Origin: Malacoraja senta
Taxonomy: Eukaryota
DNA length: 64,000 nucleotides
Assembly: GCA_038087875.1 (NCBI GenBank)
Contig: CM075993.1
Coordinates: forward strand, 12,216,001-12,280,000
Direction of reading: 5' to 3'
The position numbers and the translations under genes were made by a program. Of the stretch, positions 15,176-29,280 are shown one piece after another. The notes beneath the pieces are model-generated. The model did no database searches. It was not told where the DNA came from and saw nothing but the letters and a program-made list of their open reading frames with translations. Numbering within the stretch: the stretch's first letter is position 1; the number at the start of each line of letters is the position of its first letter.

Positions 15176-15867
15176 TAAATCTTTCTCTCTGCTTGTTTCC
15201 ACCTGTACTCCACATCACCATCATACTTGTTCATAACACCTAATGAACTCCCATAGAACTCACTGCACTTCTTTGTGTCTCCCTAAAACTGATTTGTAAC
15301 TCTCATCATTCTGTCTCTTAACATTAGTTAACTTGCAGTGCACTAACTTTATGATTCAGGAACTGATTTATCTTCACACTCTTTCCAGGAAAATGATTGT
15401 CTTAAAAGTGGAAGTACAATTGTTCCTCCCGCATAATGGTACCTGTGTATAGTGGGGTTTCAGTATTGGACATCAGTGTGCTGTATTTAAATCTATGGTT
15501 CCGTTTTCCAACCATACTTAATTCTGAAGTTCATTTGCTTTGTTTAATTAAAGATTGGATTTTTTCCCCCCAAAGCAAATACTTAGAATTTACTATAAAC
15601 AGGAATGCAAATTGCATTCCTGCACGTTTGGTCGGATCTATGTGTACATTGCTGGATTAACCTTCTGTTTAACAGCCAAGATTCATTTGCTTTGCAAGAG
15701 ATACACTATCTCTCCCCAAGCAAATGTATCCCACACAGAATTAACCATGCCTTGAGTTGTGGGCATCCTGTGTAGCCTGAGTCTGGTCACATTCACTCAC
15801 GCGTGTGTGTGTGGGTATCAGTGCAACTCTGATAACTTTCATTGAGTTCCATTATGTTGTACTAATC

Positions 15868-15873
15868 AATAAA
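15868..15873 (+). terminator. Candidate poly(A) signal for the 9a read-through terminal exon
   Basis: AATAAA about 700 nt after the read-through stop, at the end of a TE-free AT-rich stretch, followed by T-rich sequence. Confidence 0.5.
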
Positions 15874-17015
15874 TTATTAGAAAACTCCTCTTACCATTGA
15901 CCACATCTTCATCTTTTGCGTGTCTTTAACTTGGCGTTCTTTCGGGTATTAAATGCACCTCTCTTGCACTAACACAACACTGGAGTTCAACCAGAGATGC
16001 TACTTTTCCCAGATTTGGGCACACAGCCTGAAGTTGAGGCCGGAACTAGACTTGTTTTAGTTCCTGCACGCTTGATATTGAGACCTTTGCAAAGCCTCTG
16101 GCCATTCACGTGGTGTCAACGTTGGCCATCTGCAATTTAATCGTGTGTCTAGCTGGTTTGGTTGGTTTCCCAGTTGGAAACTAAAAGCAAAATTGCAGAT
16201 GCTGGAAATCTGAAATAAAACCAGAAAATACTGGAAACAGCCGGCAAGTCGGGCAGAATCTATTGAAAGTGAAACCGTTAACGTTTCAAATCCAAGACCC
16301 TTGGTCAGATTTTATCAGTTCTGACAAAGGATCTTAAACCTGAAAACACCACATCTGTTCATCCGAAGGGTGTGAAGAGCCTGCAGAAGGGTGCCCACTC
16401 GAAACGTCACCTACCCATGTTCTCCAGAGATGCAGCCTGACCTATTGAGTTCTCCAGCATTTTGTTTCAGTTTGTGTAAACCAGCATCTGCAGTTCCTTG
16501 CTACTATGTGTTCCACTGTCCTAAGATGCTGCCTGACCTGCTGAGTGTTTCCAGCATCTTCTGTTTTTAGTTCCAGTTAGAGTATTAGTATGTAACACAT
16601 GATGCCAGTGCATAGGCCTAACACCTGGTCCCAGCACAGCAAGATATGGCAGTGAACTGTACATTTGGTCATTTTGTAAGAAGACTATTCTAAAAGCCCC
16701 ATCAGCTCTTCTGCTTGTCCTGCACTTGAGAGGACAAAGCTCAACATTGAATAGCATGTCATTTGGTACAAAGCTGGCCATCTTTGGATTCTGTATGGAT
16801 GGTCCTTTATCCATGTTCATAAGGTCAAGAAGCAGGTCTATTCTGCCATTCAATCATGGGTGATCTATTTTTCCCTCTTAATTCTCCTGCCTTTTCCCTA
16901 TAGCCCCTGACCCAGGTACACCCTGACACCCACTCCTTGCACTGTCCATGCCTCAAACCACAATATCACTCTCTCCACATCACCGTCTATATCTCTCAGT
17001 TCCCTTATCCCGAAC

Positions 17016-17050
17016 CAGTCTGAAGAAGGGTCTCGACCCGAAATGTCACC
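17016..17050 (+). ncRNA. Minimal hammerhead-ribozyme-like motif in a Penelope terminal repeat
   Basis: CTGAAGA-A-GGGTC-TC-GACCC-GAAA-TG-TC: CUGANGA, stem II, GAAA, UH. Confidence 0.55.
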
Positions 17051-18085
17051 CATTCCCTCTCTCCAGAGATGCTGCCTGTCCCGTTGATTTACTCCAGCTT
17101 TTTGTGTCTAACAAAACATAGAATTGTGTAGCATGGAAACGGGCCATTTGGCAATTATCAGAAATCTTTGTGATCCCTTTGGCAGCGGCCCAAGTAAGAA
17201 CCTTTCTGAACCTTTAAAATGTCCTCTTTATTCCAGTCCAAGGACCCCCCCCCCCAGTCTCCATGTAAACAATCCCATGTCCATACTGAAGTAATATTAG
17301 AACAAGGTCAATAGGAGACCATGGGTCAATTATTTATGTGTTGGTTGCTCCTCTGTTCTCATCCTCAGTCACTTTCTAAACTTGTACTGAGTTGTAGGCT
17401 GTAGTGTGCAGATGGTACATTGTGGGTTGGACAACATCCATGCAAGATAGTGTTCTAGCTCACTACTTTAGCCTAGCAGTTCATGACATTATTTGAAGTT
17501 CCATGGTGGACTCTATCTACTAATCTATTCCAAACCAGTGGTAGGAAAGTACACATTGTAAACGCGATTGGTCACACATGTTAACCCGTGTGGCAAATGG
17601 TAATCTCACTCCACCATTTGATGGTCTGCTTCAGCTCAGTGGGAGGTTGGGCTGTGGGTGAGGTGGCGTTGTCCGGTGCTGGATATTGTGGAGGGCGGGA
17701 ACGTAGTGTGGACACGAGGACAATGTTGGATCAGATTCCTTGATCCTACAGTTGGGTTTGAGCTTGGTATGGTCTGTTTTGATCTTGGCTCCTTTTAACA
17801 TCCTTGACCTTCCAGTTGGGTCATATTGAGTTGGAGCTGCTCCAACTGACAGCAGTTAAAGCAGGACAGCTGGATATGCATCGCTCCATCCTCTCCAACC
17901 TGGCATGCAACGAATTAGCTTCTGTTTGACTGCTCCCTCCTTGTTGTGTTACCATGCTGACAAGTAACCCTGCACTAACACTGAGATGGCAACGTAGCCA
18001 AAGTTTTTCCATTGATTTTCTTGAATCTGTTTGTTTTGTTTTCACCTGTTTCATTTATTTCTGTTCTGTACCTTCTCTTGTGCAG

Positions 18086-18290
18086 ATAAACTGCTTCTCT
18101 GCAATGCCAAAGATTTCTCCAACCAGCTGGCTTTAGTAATTTCTGATTCGACGCGAGTATTTAAATGGGCCGAACTGTTGCCCCACCCACTGTGCTGCTT
18201 CCTGCTTTTGGTAACATTAGCAATGCTCTTTGTACAGTGCTTCTCCTCCCAGCTTCACTGTAAAATAAATACTTTCTAGATCAACTGTAT
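18086..18290 (+). CDS. tpm1: Tropomyosin exon 9b (last base of Ile284, TAA at 18087-18089, striated 3'UTR; AATAAA 18264-18269)
   Basis: Polypyrimidine tract then tgtgcag|ATAA. The distal TTGTACAG...TCACTGTAAAATAAA resembles the mammalian TPM1 9b UTR end as I recall it. 3' end approximate. Confidence 0.85.
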
Positions 18291-18842
18291 CCTTTTGCAA
18301 TTTCTTCAACTTATTTTCAAGCAGCAACTTTGGAAACTGAAGCAGAGGTCACAACTTGCGTGGAAACAAATGGCTTTGTTTTAATTTTGCTTTTCTCTCC
18401 TTGTGCTGGTTCAGTGAGATGGGACTTTAATTGGTGTAACGTAACATTCACTGTTGATCCTTGCAAACATTTTGTATGATTGTATACAATTGGAAGTTTA
18501 TTCCCTGGTTTGTATAGAGGAATGGTAGGGCACTGCGAATAATGAGCTGGAAAAAGTGGCATAACTACAGCAAACTGCTCAAATCCAAACCGAGGCACAG
18601 CTACATTTGAAGGAAATTTATAAACATCTCTCAATATCTGTGGAAACTTCTGAAATCTATTAGTTCTTCCTGGAAGTAGTAATTGAACTCAATGTTTATT
18701 TCTTTACGAGAATAAGAAACTGATTCTTTCTCAGAAAACTATCAGTTTGTGAGAGACATGATAAACATTGTTTATAAGCTAACATTCTGTGCCATTAACA
18801 TAGAGCACAAGAACATTGCATGAGTTGTAATTTCCACTCCAG

Positions 18843-19160
18843 TTTAGTTTTCAATATAGTTTAGAGGTGCAGTGAGGAAACGGGCCCTTTAGCCCACCGA
18901 GTCCAGGGCAACCAGCAATCCCGCACACTAACACTATCCTACATGCACAAGGGACAATTTCGCAATTATACGAAGCCAATTAGCCAACAAACCTGTACTA
19001 CTTTGGAGAGTGGGAGGAAACTGAAGCACCTGGAGAAAACCCACGCAGGTCACGGGGAGGACGTACAAACTCCGTACAGACAGAACCCGTAGTCAGGATC
19101 GAACCCAGGACTCTGGCGCTGTAAGGCAGCAAATCATCCGCTGTGCAACCTTGCCGCCCT
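18843..19160 (-). mobile_element. HE1-type V-SINE
   Basis: Reverse complement of the SINE consensus seen elsewhere in the window. Confidence 0.85.
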
Positions 19161-19569
19161 AGTTGGAAGCTCAGCAGCGTAATTCTCCAACAAAACTCTA
19201 GTCCTTGGAGTGCTATGACTCAAGATTGATGGTCTGATCTGCAGGCCAGGGAATTGGCAATTTTATCCCAAGAAGTTTGACGTGTCACAGGCTAGGGATG
19301 GTGGAGCAAGTGGCAGCATATTAACTGTGGAGAAACTGAGCAGCACTGATGCTTGGCATGGGGCAGCTTACTCTTACAAGGAATTGTTACGTTGACTGGT
19401 ACAACATTGACGAGTTTCAGGGTATGGGTCTCAATCTGTGGATCTCTCGATCTAAAAGGGCTGTTGAAGCACGTGCTGAATTTATCAAGGACGATTTGGG
19501 GTTAATACAGGAAAATGGTGCTGAGGTGGAGGCTTCCTGAATGAATGGTGAGCAGACAGATGGAACCAT

Positions 19570-20256
19570 GGAAACATAGAAAATAGGAGCAGGAGGAGGC
19601 CGTTTGGCCCTTTGAGCCAGCACCGCCATTCATTGCGATCATGGCTGATCATCCACAATCAGTAACCCGTGCCTGTCTTCTCCCCATATCCCTTAATTCT
19701 GCTAGCCCCTAGGGTTCTATCTAACTCCCTTTTAAATTCATCGAGTGAAATGGCCTCCACTGCCCTTTGTGGCAGAGAATTCCATGAATTCACAACTCTG
19801 GGTGAAAAAGTATTTTCTAATCTCAGTTTTAAATGGCCTCCCCTTTATTCTTGGACTGTGGCCCCTGGTTCTGGACTCCCCCAACACTGGGAAAAAATTT
19901 CCTGCATCTAGCTTGTCCAGTCCTTTTATAATTTTATATGTTTCTATAAGATCCCCTTTTCCTCGTTCTAAACTCCAGTGAATACAAGCCTAGTCTTTTC
20001 AATCGTTCCTCATATGACTGTCCCGCCATCCCAGGGATCAATCACGTGAACCTACACTGCACTGCCTCAATCACAAGGATGTCCTTCCTCAAATTAGGAG
20101 ACCAAAACTGCACACAATACTCCAGATGTGGTCTCACCAGGGCCCTGTACAACTGCAGAAGAACCTCTTTACTCCTGTACTCATATCCTCTCGTTATGAA
20201 GGCCAACATGTCATTAGCTTTCTTCACTGCCTGCTGTACCTGCATGTTTACTTTCA
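19570..20256 (-). mobile_element. CR1 LINE 3' fragment
   Basis: ORF 20042-20260 (LVRPHLEYCVQFWSP) plus CR1 3'UTR. Confidence 0.9.
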
Positions 20257-22947
20257 GCAAAAGTAAACCAAATGCCCGCTTACTTCTGTTATTGTACCAT
20301 GTCCAAAATCCTTGAACGTAGCAGGGCAGGGTGACAGCAGCCTGGAACCTGGTACGTGAGCGGAGTTCTTGGCCACAGACGTGTACTGTACAAGAACCAG
20401 TGTTGAAGGGTGTGTCTGAACCAGTGTGGCAGTGGGGAGGGGGTGCTGTTCAACTGGCACCAATTTGATGGGTTCAGTGGACACCTCCTCCATAATAAAT
20501 CAACAATTTACCCGCATCAAAAGCTGTTTGCAGAAGATTATTCCAAATCTTTTCCACTACCTGCACTTGGAAGTGTTCCAAAACTTCTAAATAATATTTA
20601 AAATTTAGTCAATACTGCATAAACTTGTGTAGTCCCTATATAATTAACCCTTGGCTATCACCAAGTGCATTCCCTCCAATCCCAGTCTATTCATTCATTC
20701 ATTCATCATTCGTTTGGGTGGCACAGCTGGAAGAGCCGCTGCCTCATGGCATAGGTGACGTGGGTTTGATCCTGGCCTCTGGTGCCGTCTGTGCAGTTTG
20801 CATGTTCTCCCTGTGACCGTGTGCATTTCCTCCAGGTGCTCCGGCTTCCTCCCACATCCTATAGACAGACGTGCGGGTTTGTAGGTTAATTGTCCCTGGT
20901 GTGTAGGGAACAAGAAAGTGGGATAACGTAGAACTAGTGTGAAGAGATGATCGATGGTTGGCGTGGACTCTGGGCTAAAGGGCCTGTTTCCTTGCTGTAT
21001 CTCTGAACTATCTGCTGAAGGTGTGAAGGTTGGAACGGGTCCAGTGTTCCAGGTGCAATCTCACCAGGATATTGAGGAGCTCCAGTGTGAATTGCAGCCT
21101 TTGGATTTCAGCCACTTAGAACATTCCCCAGCCTTGGTTGTTCACAGTCACAGACTCCTTGCAAATTCCTCTGGTGATCCGAGTCCATTGGCATCTTCAG
21201 AGACTCCATGTTCAAGTACAGTTTGAGAGGTGCAATGGATACTTGCATTTTGTGGAGTGAGTAAGGGGAACAGGAACTAATTTCCAAATGCAAAAGGAAG
21301 GCTGTGGGACTCCGTGGGTGCGGGCAGAACAGTTTGTCTGTTAATAGTTGAAACAAAACACTGAATCCATGGAATGAAGTAGAACTTGTTTAACAGTGTA
21401 GCAGGATGGTTGCAAATGTGGGGTCGAAGTAATCTAACACTTTATCTGTGTAGAGAACATGAACACACTCCAGCTTCATCACCAGCCTGTCCTCTTCCCA
21501 CTGCTGATTCAGTGTCACATCCACATCCTATTTCCCAGATAACATGATGTCATTGTCTGTTTAAATAGTGTAGATTTGTTTTCTTTGTACAATCCTAGAC
21601 CCAGTGCTCCACCCCACTGCAAATGTTGCAAGGTGACCTTGCTTTGTCTGCTTCGGCTGTGGTCTATACATTTTGATTTCTGAATAAAGCTGGACTGTGC
21701 ATCACTTACTGTCGCATCAAGTCTACTCTCATTCCTTGTCTCCTACTGAGTCTTTCTCTGGTTGACCATGGGATCTAAGCGTGACTTCACTAGGCTGTAT
21801 CTTTTTCAGATTTGTACAAACCTTTACTGTCATTTTTAATGTTCACGACATCTTCACGTGGCTCAAGTATTTTTCTGCATTTCTCCTGTACACAATGCAG
21901 ACGTCTTTGCATCAAACATCTGTGCTAATCACCTGCTGTTTCCTTGTCCTTCATAACTACCATCAGTTCTGTTAGACTTGCTTCCCATAGTTCACTGTGA
22001 TTTCATTAGTTTGGCCCAATCCCCAGCTTAGTTTGATGTGGAGGCAAAAGGAACCGCAGACACTGGAATCTTGAGTAAAGCACAAAGTGCTGGAGTAACT
22101 CAGTGGGTCAGGCAGCATCTCTGGCAGACATAGATAGGTGGTGTTTTGGGTTGGGATCTTTCTTCAGACTGATTGTAGTAGGGGGGTGAAAGTTGGGAAA
22201 ATGTTGGGAGGGGGAGAGACGAAGCTTGGCAAGTGATAGGGGTTTGATTGGCCGATGAGTGAACACAGGCGGGAGATGTAAAGGATACAAAAGGATGTCG
22301 GGAAAGGTAAAAAGAGGATTGTAATGTAAGGCCAGGTGGAGGAATGAAGGTGGAAGGGGCTGGGAAGAGGAGAAAGGGGGACGGGTTGGTGGGAGAAATG
22401 GATGCGCATTGAGGTGAGAGGTCTCGGGAAGGAGAAAGTGAAAGATTGAGAGTGTGGTGTTCATAAGCTATCCACTTTAGTGTGGATTCTTGACCTGGTT
22501 GGAGCTTCATGGTGCTTTCCTGCATCACTCATCACGGAGTGCATCAGCACAATGGTTGCCGCATTGCTGTCCTTGCTCTGACTCCTGTCAGAAGATTGAT
22601 GCGTTGCGCATGTTCACCTGATCCATCTACTGGGCTGAGTACAGCACTGGTATTATCTTTGACTAATTTCATTAAAGTGTGCATGAGTCATTTCCAGTAT
22701 CGATATCTGCATTAACCTTCCTCCTTGTTGCCTGTACATTTATCTTATCCTCTGTCACAGTTAGTCACTGGAAGGATGCAATGTACCTTGTTGAATTGGC
22801 TGGTAAACCTAATATCAATAGTCAGATCCCCCTGTGCAGTTACAATGTCACACTATTTCTGATGCTGTGAAAACTGCTGGATTGATTAATATAGCCGAGA
22901 AACAGGCCCTCTGGCCGAGTATGTCCATGCTAGGAACTCATCAATAT

Positions 22948-23260
22948 GTTTAGTATAGATATAGAGTGCGGAAACAGGCCCTTCGGCCCACCGAGTCTGT
23001 GCCAATCAGCGATCCCCACACATTAACATTACCGTTCACATACTAGGGACAATTTACATTTCCAGAAAGCCATTAACCTACAAACCTGTACGTCTGTGGA
23101 GTGTGGGAGGAAATTGAAGATCTTGGAGAAAACCCACGTGGTCACGGGGAGAACGTACAAACTCTGTACAGACAGCACCCGAAGTCGGGTTCGAACCTGG
23201 GTCTCAGGTGCTGAAAGCGTTGTAAGGCAGCAACTGTACCGCTGCGCCACCGTGCCGCCC
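22948..23260 (-). mobile_element. HE1-type V-SINE
   Basis: Full head-to-tail SINE on the minus strand. Confidence 0.85.
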
Positions 23261-24439
23261 TTTCCTAAACGTATCCCATTTAGCAGCGCTTGATCCATAG
23301 ACTTTTATGGTTTGGCAATTCAGTGTTCGTCTAGTTACTTGAGTGTCATGAGTGCCCTGCCTCGACCAACCCCCTTGGCCAGTGACTTCCAGATCCCAAC
23401 CACCCTCTGGAAGGAAATGTTTATCCTCAGATCCCATTTAAACCACTTATCCCTGACCCTAAATCTGTGCCCTCTAGCTTTAGATATTGCTCTGCCATGG
23501 GGAAATATTTCCTACCCTTCCCTATAGTGCCCCTCCTAATTTTCTATACTGGGTGGGGGGGGGGGGGGGGGGGGGTCAGATTCCCCCCTCGCTTACACAT
23601 GCACAAGTTGCCATATTTTGGCGCCAACTGTATTTTAATTTCTGAAAAGCTGAGCAGGCTTATTGCTGGCGGACATAGAAAGAGCAATAATGGCTTTCAC
23701 TAAACTCACCACAACCCAACTGTCTTATTGGCAATGAGATCTTTTGAAATGTAACATGCATTGGACTGTGGGAAGTGCTGCATCCAGTTTGAGCCCAACA
23801 TGATGAGACAATGTCCACAACATCATTTGACATGATGTTGATTGAAGGCTAGCTATTAGTCATGACACACGGACAACATCCTCACAAAGTACCATTGGGG
23901 AATCTTTCTTATCTGCTTGAGAAGAGAGATGGTGAGATAGGCACACAATACTGGAGTAACTTAGTATACACTGTATATTACAGCTTCCTTCTCTCCAGAG
24001 ATGCTGCCTGTCCCACTGAGTTACTCTAACATTTTGTGTCAATCTTCGGTGTAAACCAGTTCCTTCCTACACCAGAGAGATGGGAAGGTCAGTTTGATAT
24101 CTAATCCCAATAAAATTGTGCAGAAACTTCAGAAAACTTGGAATCGATTGCTCTGCTCCTGTCTAATTAGCCCAGACCTCACCTTGACAACCACAACCGA
24201 CATTATTCAAAGGTATTCGATATGTTACAACTTTACAAAAGACTGTTGAAGCTAAAATAGATTGTGCAATATGCATTGAGTAATTGGTTTTCTCAATTAT
24301 TGAAGAAACTAATGAACATTGTCATTCACAAACTTGCTAATCATATCTCCATCATTCACATCCAGATTCTTCATGGACATCATAAGCAACAGGGTCCCAG
24401 CAATGATCTCCACAGCACATCACTGGACATCGACTTCTA

Positions 24440-26351
24440 ATAGACAATAGGCAATAGGTGCAGGAGTAGGCCATTCGGCCCTTCGAGCCAGCACCGCCAT
24501 TCAATGTGATCATGGCTGATCATCCCCAATCAGTACCCCGTTCCTGCCTTCTCCCCATATCCCCTGACTCCGCTATTTTTAAGAGCCATATCTAGCTCTC
24601 TCTTGAAAGCATCCAAAGAACCTGCCTCCACTGCCCTCTGAGGGAGAGAATTCCACACTCACCACTCTGTGAGAAAAAGTGTTTCCTCGTCTCCGTTCTA
24701 AATGGTTTACTCCTTATTCTTAAACTGTGGCCTCTGGTTCTGGACTCCCCCAACATCGGGAACATGTTTCCTGCCTCTAGCATGTCCAAACCCTTAACAG
24801 TCTTATATGTTTCAATGAGATCCCCTCTAATCCTTCTAAACTCCAGAGTGTACAAGCCCAGCTGCTCCATTCTCTCAGCATATGAAAGTCCCGCCATCCC
24901 GGGAATTAACCTTGTAAACCTACGCTGCACTCCCTCAATAGCAAGAATGTCCTTCCTCAAATTAGGGGACCAAAACTGCACACAATATTCCAGGTGTGGT
25001 CTCACTAGGGCTCTGTACAACTGCAGAAGGACCTCTTTGCTCCTATATTCGATTCCTCTTGTTATAAAGGCCAACATGCCATTCGCTTTCTTCACTGCCT
25101 GCTGTACCTGCTTGCTTACTTTCATAGACTGATGTACAAGGACCCTTAGATCCCGTTGTACTTCCTCTTTTCCCAACTTGACGCCATTTAGATAGTAATC
25201 TGCCTTCCTGTTTTTGCTACCAAAGTGGATAACCTCACATTGATCCGCATTAAACTTCATCTGCCCTGCATCTGCCCACTCCCCCAACCTGTCCAAGTCA
25301 CCCTGCATTCTCCTAGCATCCTCCTCACAGTTCACACTGCCACCCAGCTTTGTGTCATCTGCAAATTTGTTAATGTTACTTTGAATCCCTTCATCCAAAT
25401 CATTGATGTATATTGTAAATAGCTGCAGTCCCAGCACCGAGCCTTGCGGTACCCCACTAGTCACTGCCTGCCATTCTGAAAGGGACCCGTTAATCCCTAC
25501 TCTTTGTTTCCGGTCTGCCAACCACTTCTCTATCCATGTCAGCACTCTACCCCCAATACCATGTGCCCTCATTTTGCCCACTAATCTCCTATGTGGGACC
25601 TTATCAAATGCTTTCTGAAAGTCCAGGTACACTACATCCACTGGCTCTCCCTTGTCCATTTTCCTAGTTACATTTTCAAAAAATTCCAGAAGATTAGTCA
25701 AGCATGATTTTCCCTTCGTAAATCCATGCTGACTCGGACCGATCCTGTTACTGCTATCCAAATGTTCGGCTATCTCATCTTTTATAATTGACTCCAGCAT
25801 CTTCCCAACCACCGATATCAGACTAACTGGTCTATAATTCCCTGTTTTCTCTCTCCCCCCTTTAAAAAAAAGTGGGATAACATTAGCTACCCTCCAATCC
25901 ACTGGAACTGATCCTGAGTCCATAGAACATTGGAAAATTATCACCAATGCATCCACGATTTCTAGAGCCACTTCCTTAAGTATCCTGGGATGCAGACCAT
26001 CAGGCCCTGGGGATTTATCAGCCTTCAGTCCCATCAGTCTATCCAACACCATTTCCTGCCTAATGTGGATTTCCTTCAGTTCCTCCGTCACCCCAGATCC
26101 TCTGGCCACTACTATATCAGGAAGATTGTTTGTGTCTTCCTTAGTGAAGACAGATCCAAAGTACCTGTTCAACTCATCTGCCATTTCCTTGATCCCCATA
26201 ATAAATTCACCTTTTTCGGTCTTCAAGGGTCTAACTTTGGTCTTAACTAATTTTTTCCTCTTCACATACCTAAAGAAGCTTTTACTATCCTGCTTTATAT
26301 TCTTGGCTAGCTTACCTACGTACCTCATCTTTTCTCCCCATATTGTCTTTT
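24440..26351 (-). mobile_element. CR1 LINE, 5'-truncated, RT domain nearly intact
   Basis: ORF 24592-26397: KSPGPDG, YRPVSL, QHGF, LDFQKAFD, GVPQGSVLG, FADD. Confidence 0.96.
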
Positions 26352-26397
26352 TGGTCAGACAAGTAGCAGTGCCCTCTGTCTCCTGCATAGACAACAT

Positions 26398-27790
26398 CCG
26401 GGAAGTGGTGTTAGGTAAATTGAATGGCTTAAAGGCCGATAAATCCCCAGGGCCAGATAGGCTGCATTCCAGAGTACTTAAGGAAGTAGCCCCAGAAATA
26501 GTGGATGCATTAGTGATAATTTTTCAAAACTCCTTAGATTCTGGAGTAGTTCCTGAGGATTGGAGGGTAGCTAATGTAACCCCCCTTTTTATAAAGGGAG
26601 GGAGAGAGAAAACGGAGAATTACAGACCAGTTAGTCTAACATCGGTAGTGGGGAAACTGCTAGAGTAAGTTATTAAAGATGGGATAGCAGCACATTTGGA
26701 AAGTGGTGAAATCATTGGACAAAGTCAGCATGGATTTACGAAAGGTAAATCATGTCTGACGAATCTTATAGAATTTCTCGAGGATGTAACTAGTAGAGTG
26801 GATAATGGAGAACCAGTAGATGTGTTATATCTGGACTTTCAGAAGGCTTTCGACAAGGTCCCACAAAAGAGATTAGTATACAAACTTAAAGCACACGGTA
26901 TTGGGGGTTCAGTATTGATGTGGATAGTAGGGTACCGCAAGGCTCAGTGCTGGGGCCCCAGCTATTTACAATATATATTAATGATTTGGATGAGGGAATT
27001 GAATGCAACATCTCCAAGTTTGCGGATGACACGAAGCTGGGGGGCAGTGTTAGCTGTGAGGAGGATGCTAGGAGGCTGCAAGGTGCATCAGGCATGATAC
27101 ACCAGTCATTGAAAGTAGGCATGCAGGTGCAGCAGGCAGTGAAGAAAGCGAATGGTATGTTAGCATTCATAGCAAAAGGATTTGAGTATAGGAGCAGGGA
27201 GGTTCTACTGCAGTTGTACAGGGTCTTGGTGAGACCACACCTGGAGTATTGCGTACAGTTTTGGTCTCCAAATCTGAGGAAAGACATTCTTGCCATAGAG
27301 GGAGTACAGAGACGGTTCACCAGATTGATTCCTGGGATGTCAGGACTTTCATATGAAGAAAGACTGGATAGACTCGGCTTGTACTCGCTAGAATTTAGAA
27401 GATTGAGGGGGGATCTTGTAGAAACTTACAAAATTCTTAAGGGGTTGGACAGGCTAGATGCAGGAAGATTGTTCCCGATGTTGGGGAAGTCCAGGACAAG
27501 GGGGCACAGTTTAAGGATTAAGGGGAAATCCTTTAGGACCGAGATGAGAAAAACATTTTTCACACAGAGAGTGGTGAATCTCTGGAACTCTCTGCCACAG
27601 AAGGTAGTTGAGGCCAGTTCATTGGCTATATTTAAGAGGGAGTTAGATGTGGCCCTTGGGGCTAAGGGGATCAGGGGGTATGGAGAGAAGGCAGGTACAG
27701 GATACTGAGTTGGATGATCAGCCATGATCATATTGAATCGAAGGGCCGAATGGCCTACTCCTGCACCTATTTTCTATGTTTCTATGTTTT
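26398..27790 (+). mobile_element. CR1 LINE, 5'-truncated, with internal deletions
   Basis: RT motifs split over three ORFs; (TTCTATGT)n tail. Confidence 0.94.
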
Positions 27791-29280
27791 CTATCTACTT
27801 CCATGCCACCATTAATCTCCCCTGTTACTCCCTCAGGCAAGGTCAATGAAGTCAGATCTACCCCACACAAACCCATGCTATCTCTCTCTGATCAGCTGGC
27901 TTTCTAAATGAACATATGTTCTAACTTTCAGGAGTTTCTCCAATGTTCTCCGGCACCATCGACAATGTCATGGAGCTGTACAGCACCAAGATAGGCCCTT
28001 TTGCCCAAGTTGCCCAACTCTGCATATGGCCCCTATCTCTCTGAACCTTTCCTATCCATGTACCTGTCCAAGTGTATTTAAAATGTCATAAATATCCCCT
28101 CCTCCACTTCCTCTGGCAGCTTATTCCACATACACATCACCCTTCTAAAAAAGTTGCTCCATTGGTCCCTTTATTTAAATCTTTCCCCTCTCACCTTAAA
28201 CCTATACCTGCTAGTTTTGGACTCCCTGCCCTGGGCAGAAGTCTGTGATTATTCACCTTGGCTGTGCCCCTCGTGATTTTATGTAACCACTCAGTGTTCC
28301 GCGATCCAGAGAGAAAAGACACGGCCTATCCAGCCTCTCCGAATAACTGAAAACTTCCAGACCCGACAATATCCTCATATCTATTTGCATGCTTTCCAAA
28401 TTAATTACATCCTTTCTATAGCAGAGTGAGAACAGGACTGTGCACAGTACTCCAAGTGTAGCCTTACCAATGTCTTGTACGGTTGTAACATAACGTCCCA
28501 ACTCCTGTAATCAATACCCTGACTGATGAAGGCAAGCATGCCAAATGCTGCCTTTCACATTCTGTCTACCCGTGTCACCACTTTCATGGATCTGCATTGT
28601 ACATGCACCTCGTGGTTTCCAAGGTCCTACCATTTACTGTGCAAGTTTGCCCTGGTTTGACATCAAAATGCAACATCTCCCGTTTATCTGAACTCCACCT
28701 GTCATTACTTGACCCATTGATCCAGTTGATCATGTTTACGAACCATGCCATCCACATTCACATCTATAATAGGGCATGACTTGTTATAGGCTGCCGGTCC
28801 CTCTACCACAGCTCACCTTCATCTACCTCCAAGCCAATTGTGGCATTGAGCTGGAAATAGTGCAGAGAGGTTTTACCAGAATGTTGCTGGGACTCGAGGG
28901 CCTGAACTATGAGCAGAGATTGGGCACGCTAGGACTTTATTGCTTCGAGTGCAGTAGGTGATCTTATGGAAGAGTATAAAATGATGAGAGCAATTGTACG
29001 GGTCAATGCACAGTCTTTTAACCAGCGTAAGAGAATCAAGAAGTAAAGAACAGAGGGAGAAGGTGAGATGGGAAAGATTGAATAACAACATTTAAAGGAC
29101 AATTGGACAATTACATGGATAGAAAAGTTATGAAGGGATATGGGCCAAATGCAGGCTGGTGGGACCAGTGGGGACAAGTGAGTCAACAATGTGGACTCTG
29201 TGTCCGTGCAGCTAACTGGAAAGAAAGTGTAGGAAAGGTCACGTCTAAACTAACAGAAGAACTAACATTAGAAGAAAGAT

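Noticed and set aside
17816..17929. Possible extra exon after ttccag (LGHIELELLQL...)
   Set aside because: Long frame is phase 0, while exon 8 needs phase 1 and 9a phase 2; no tropomyosin similarity
21000..21975. Possible extra terminal exon or UTR (AATAAA at 21683; acceptor-like ttttcag near 21809)
   Set aside because: No homology or heptad pattern; cannot be supported without RNA data
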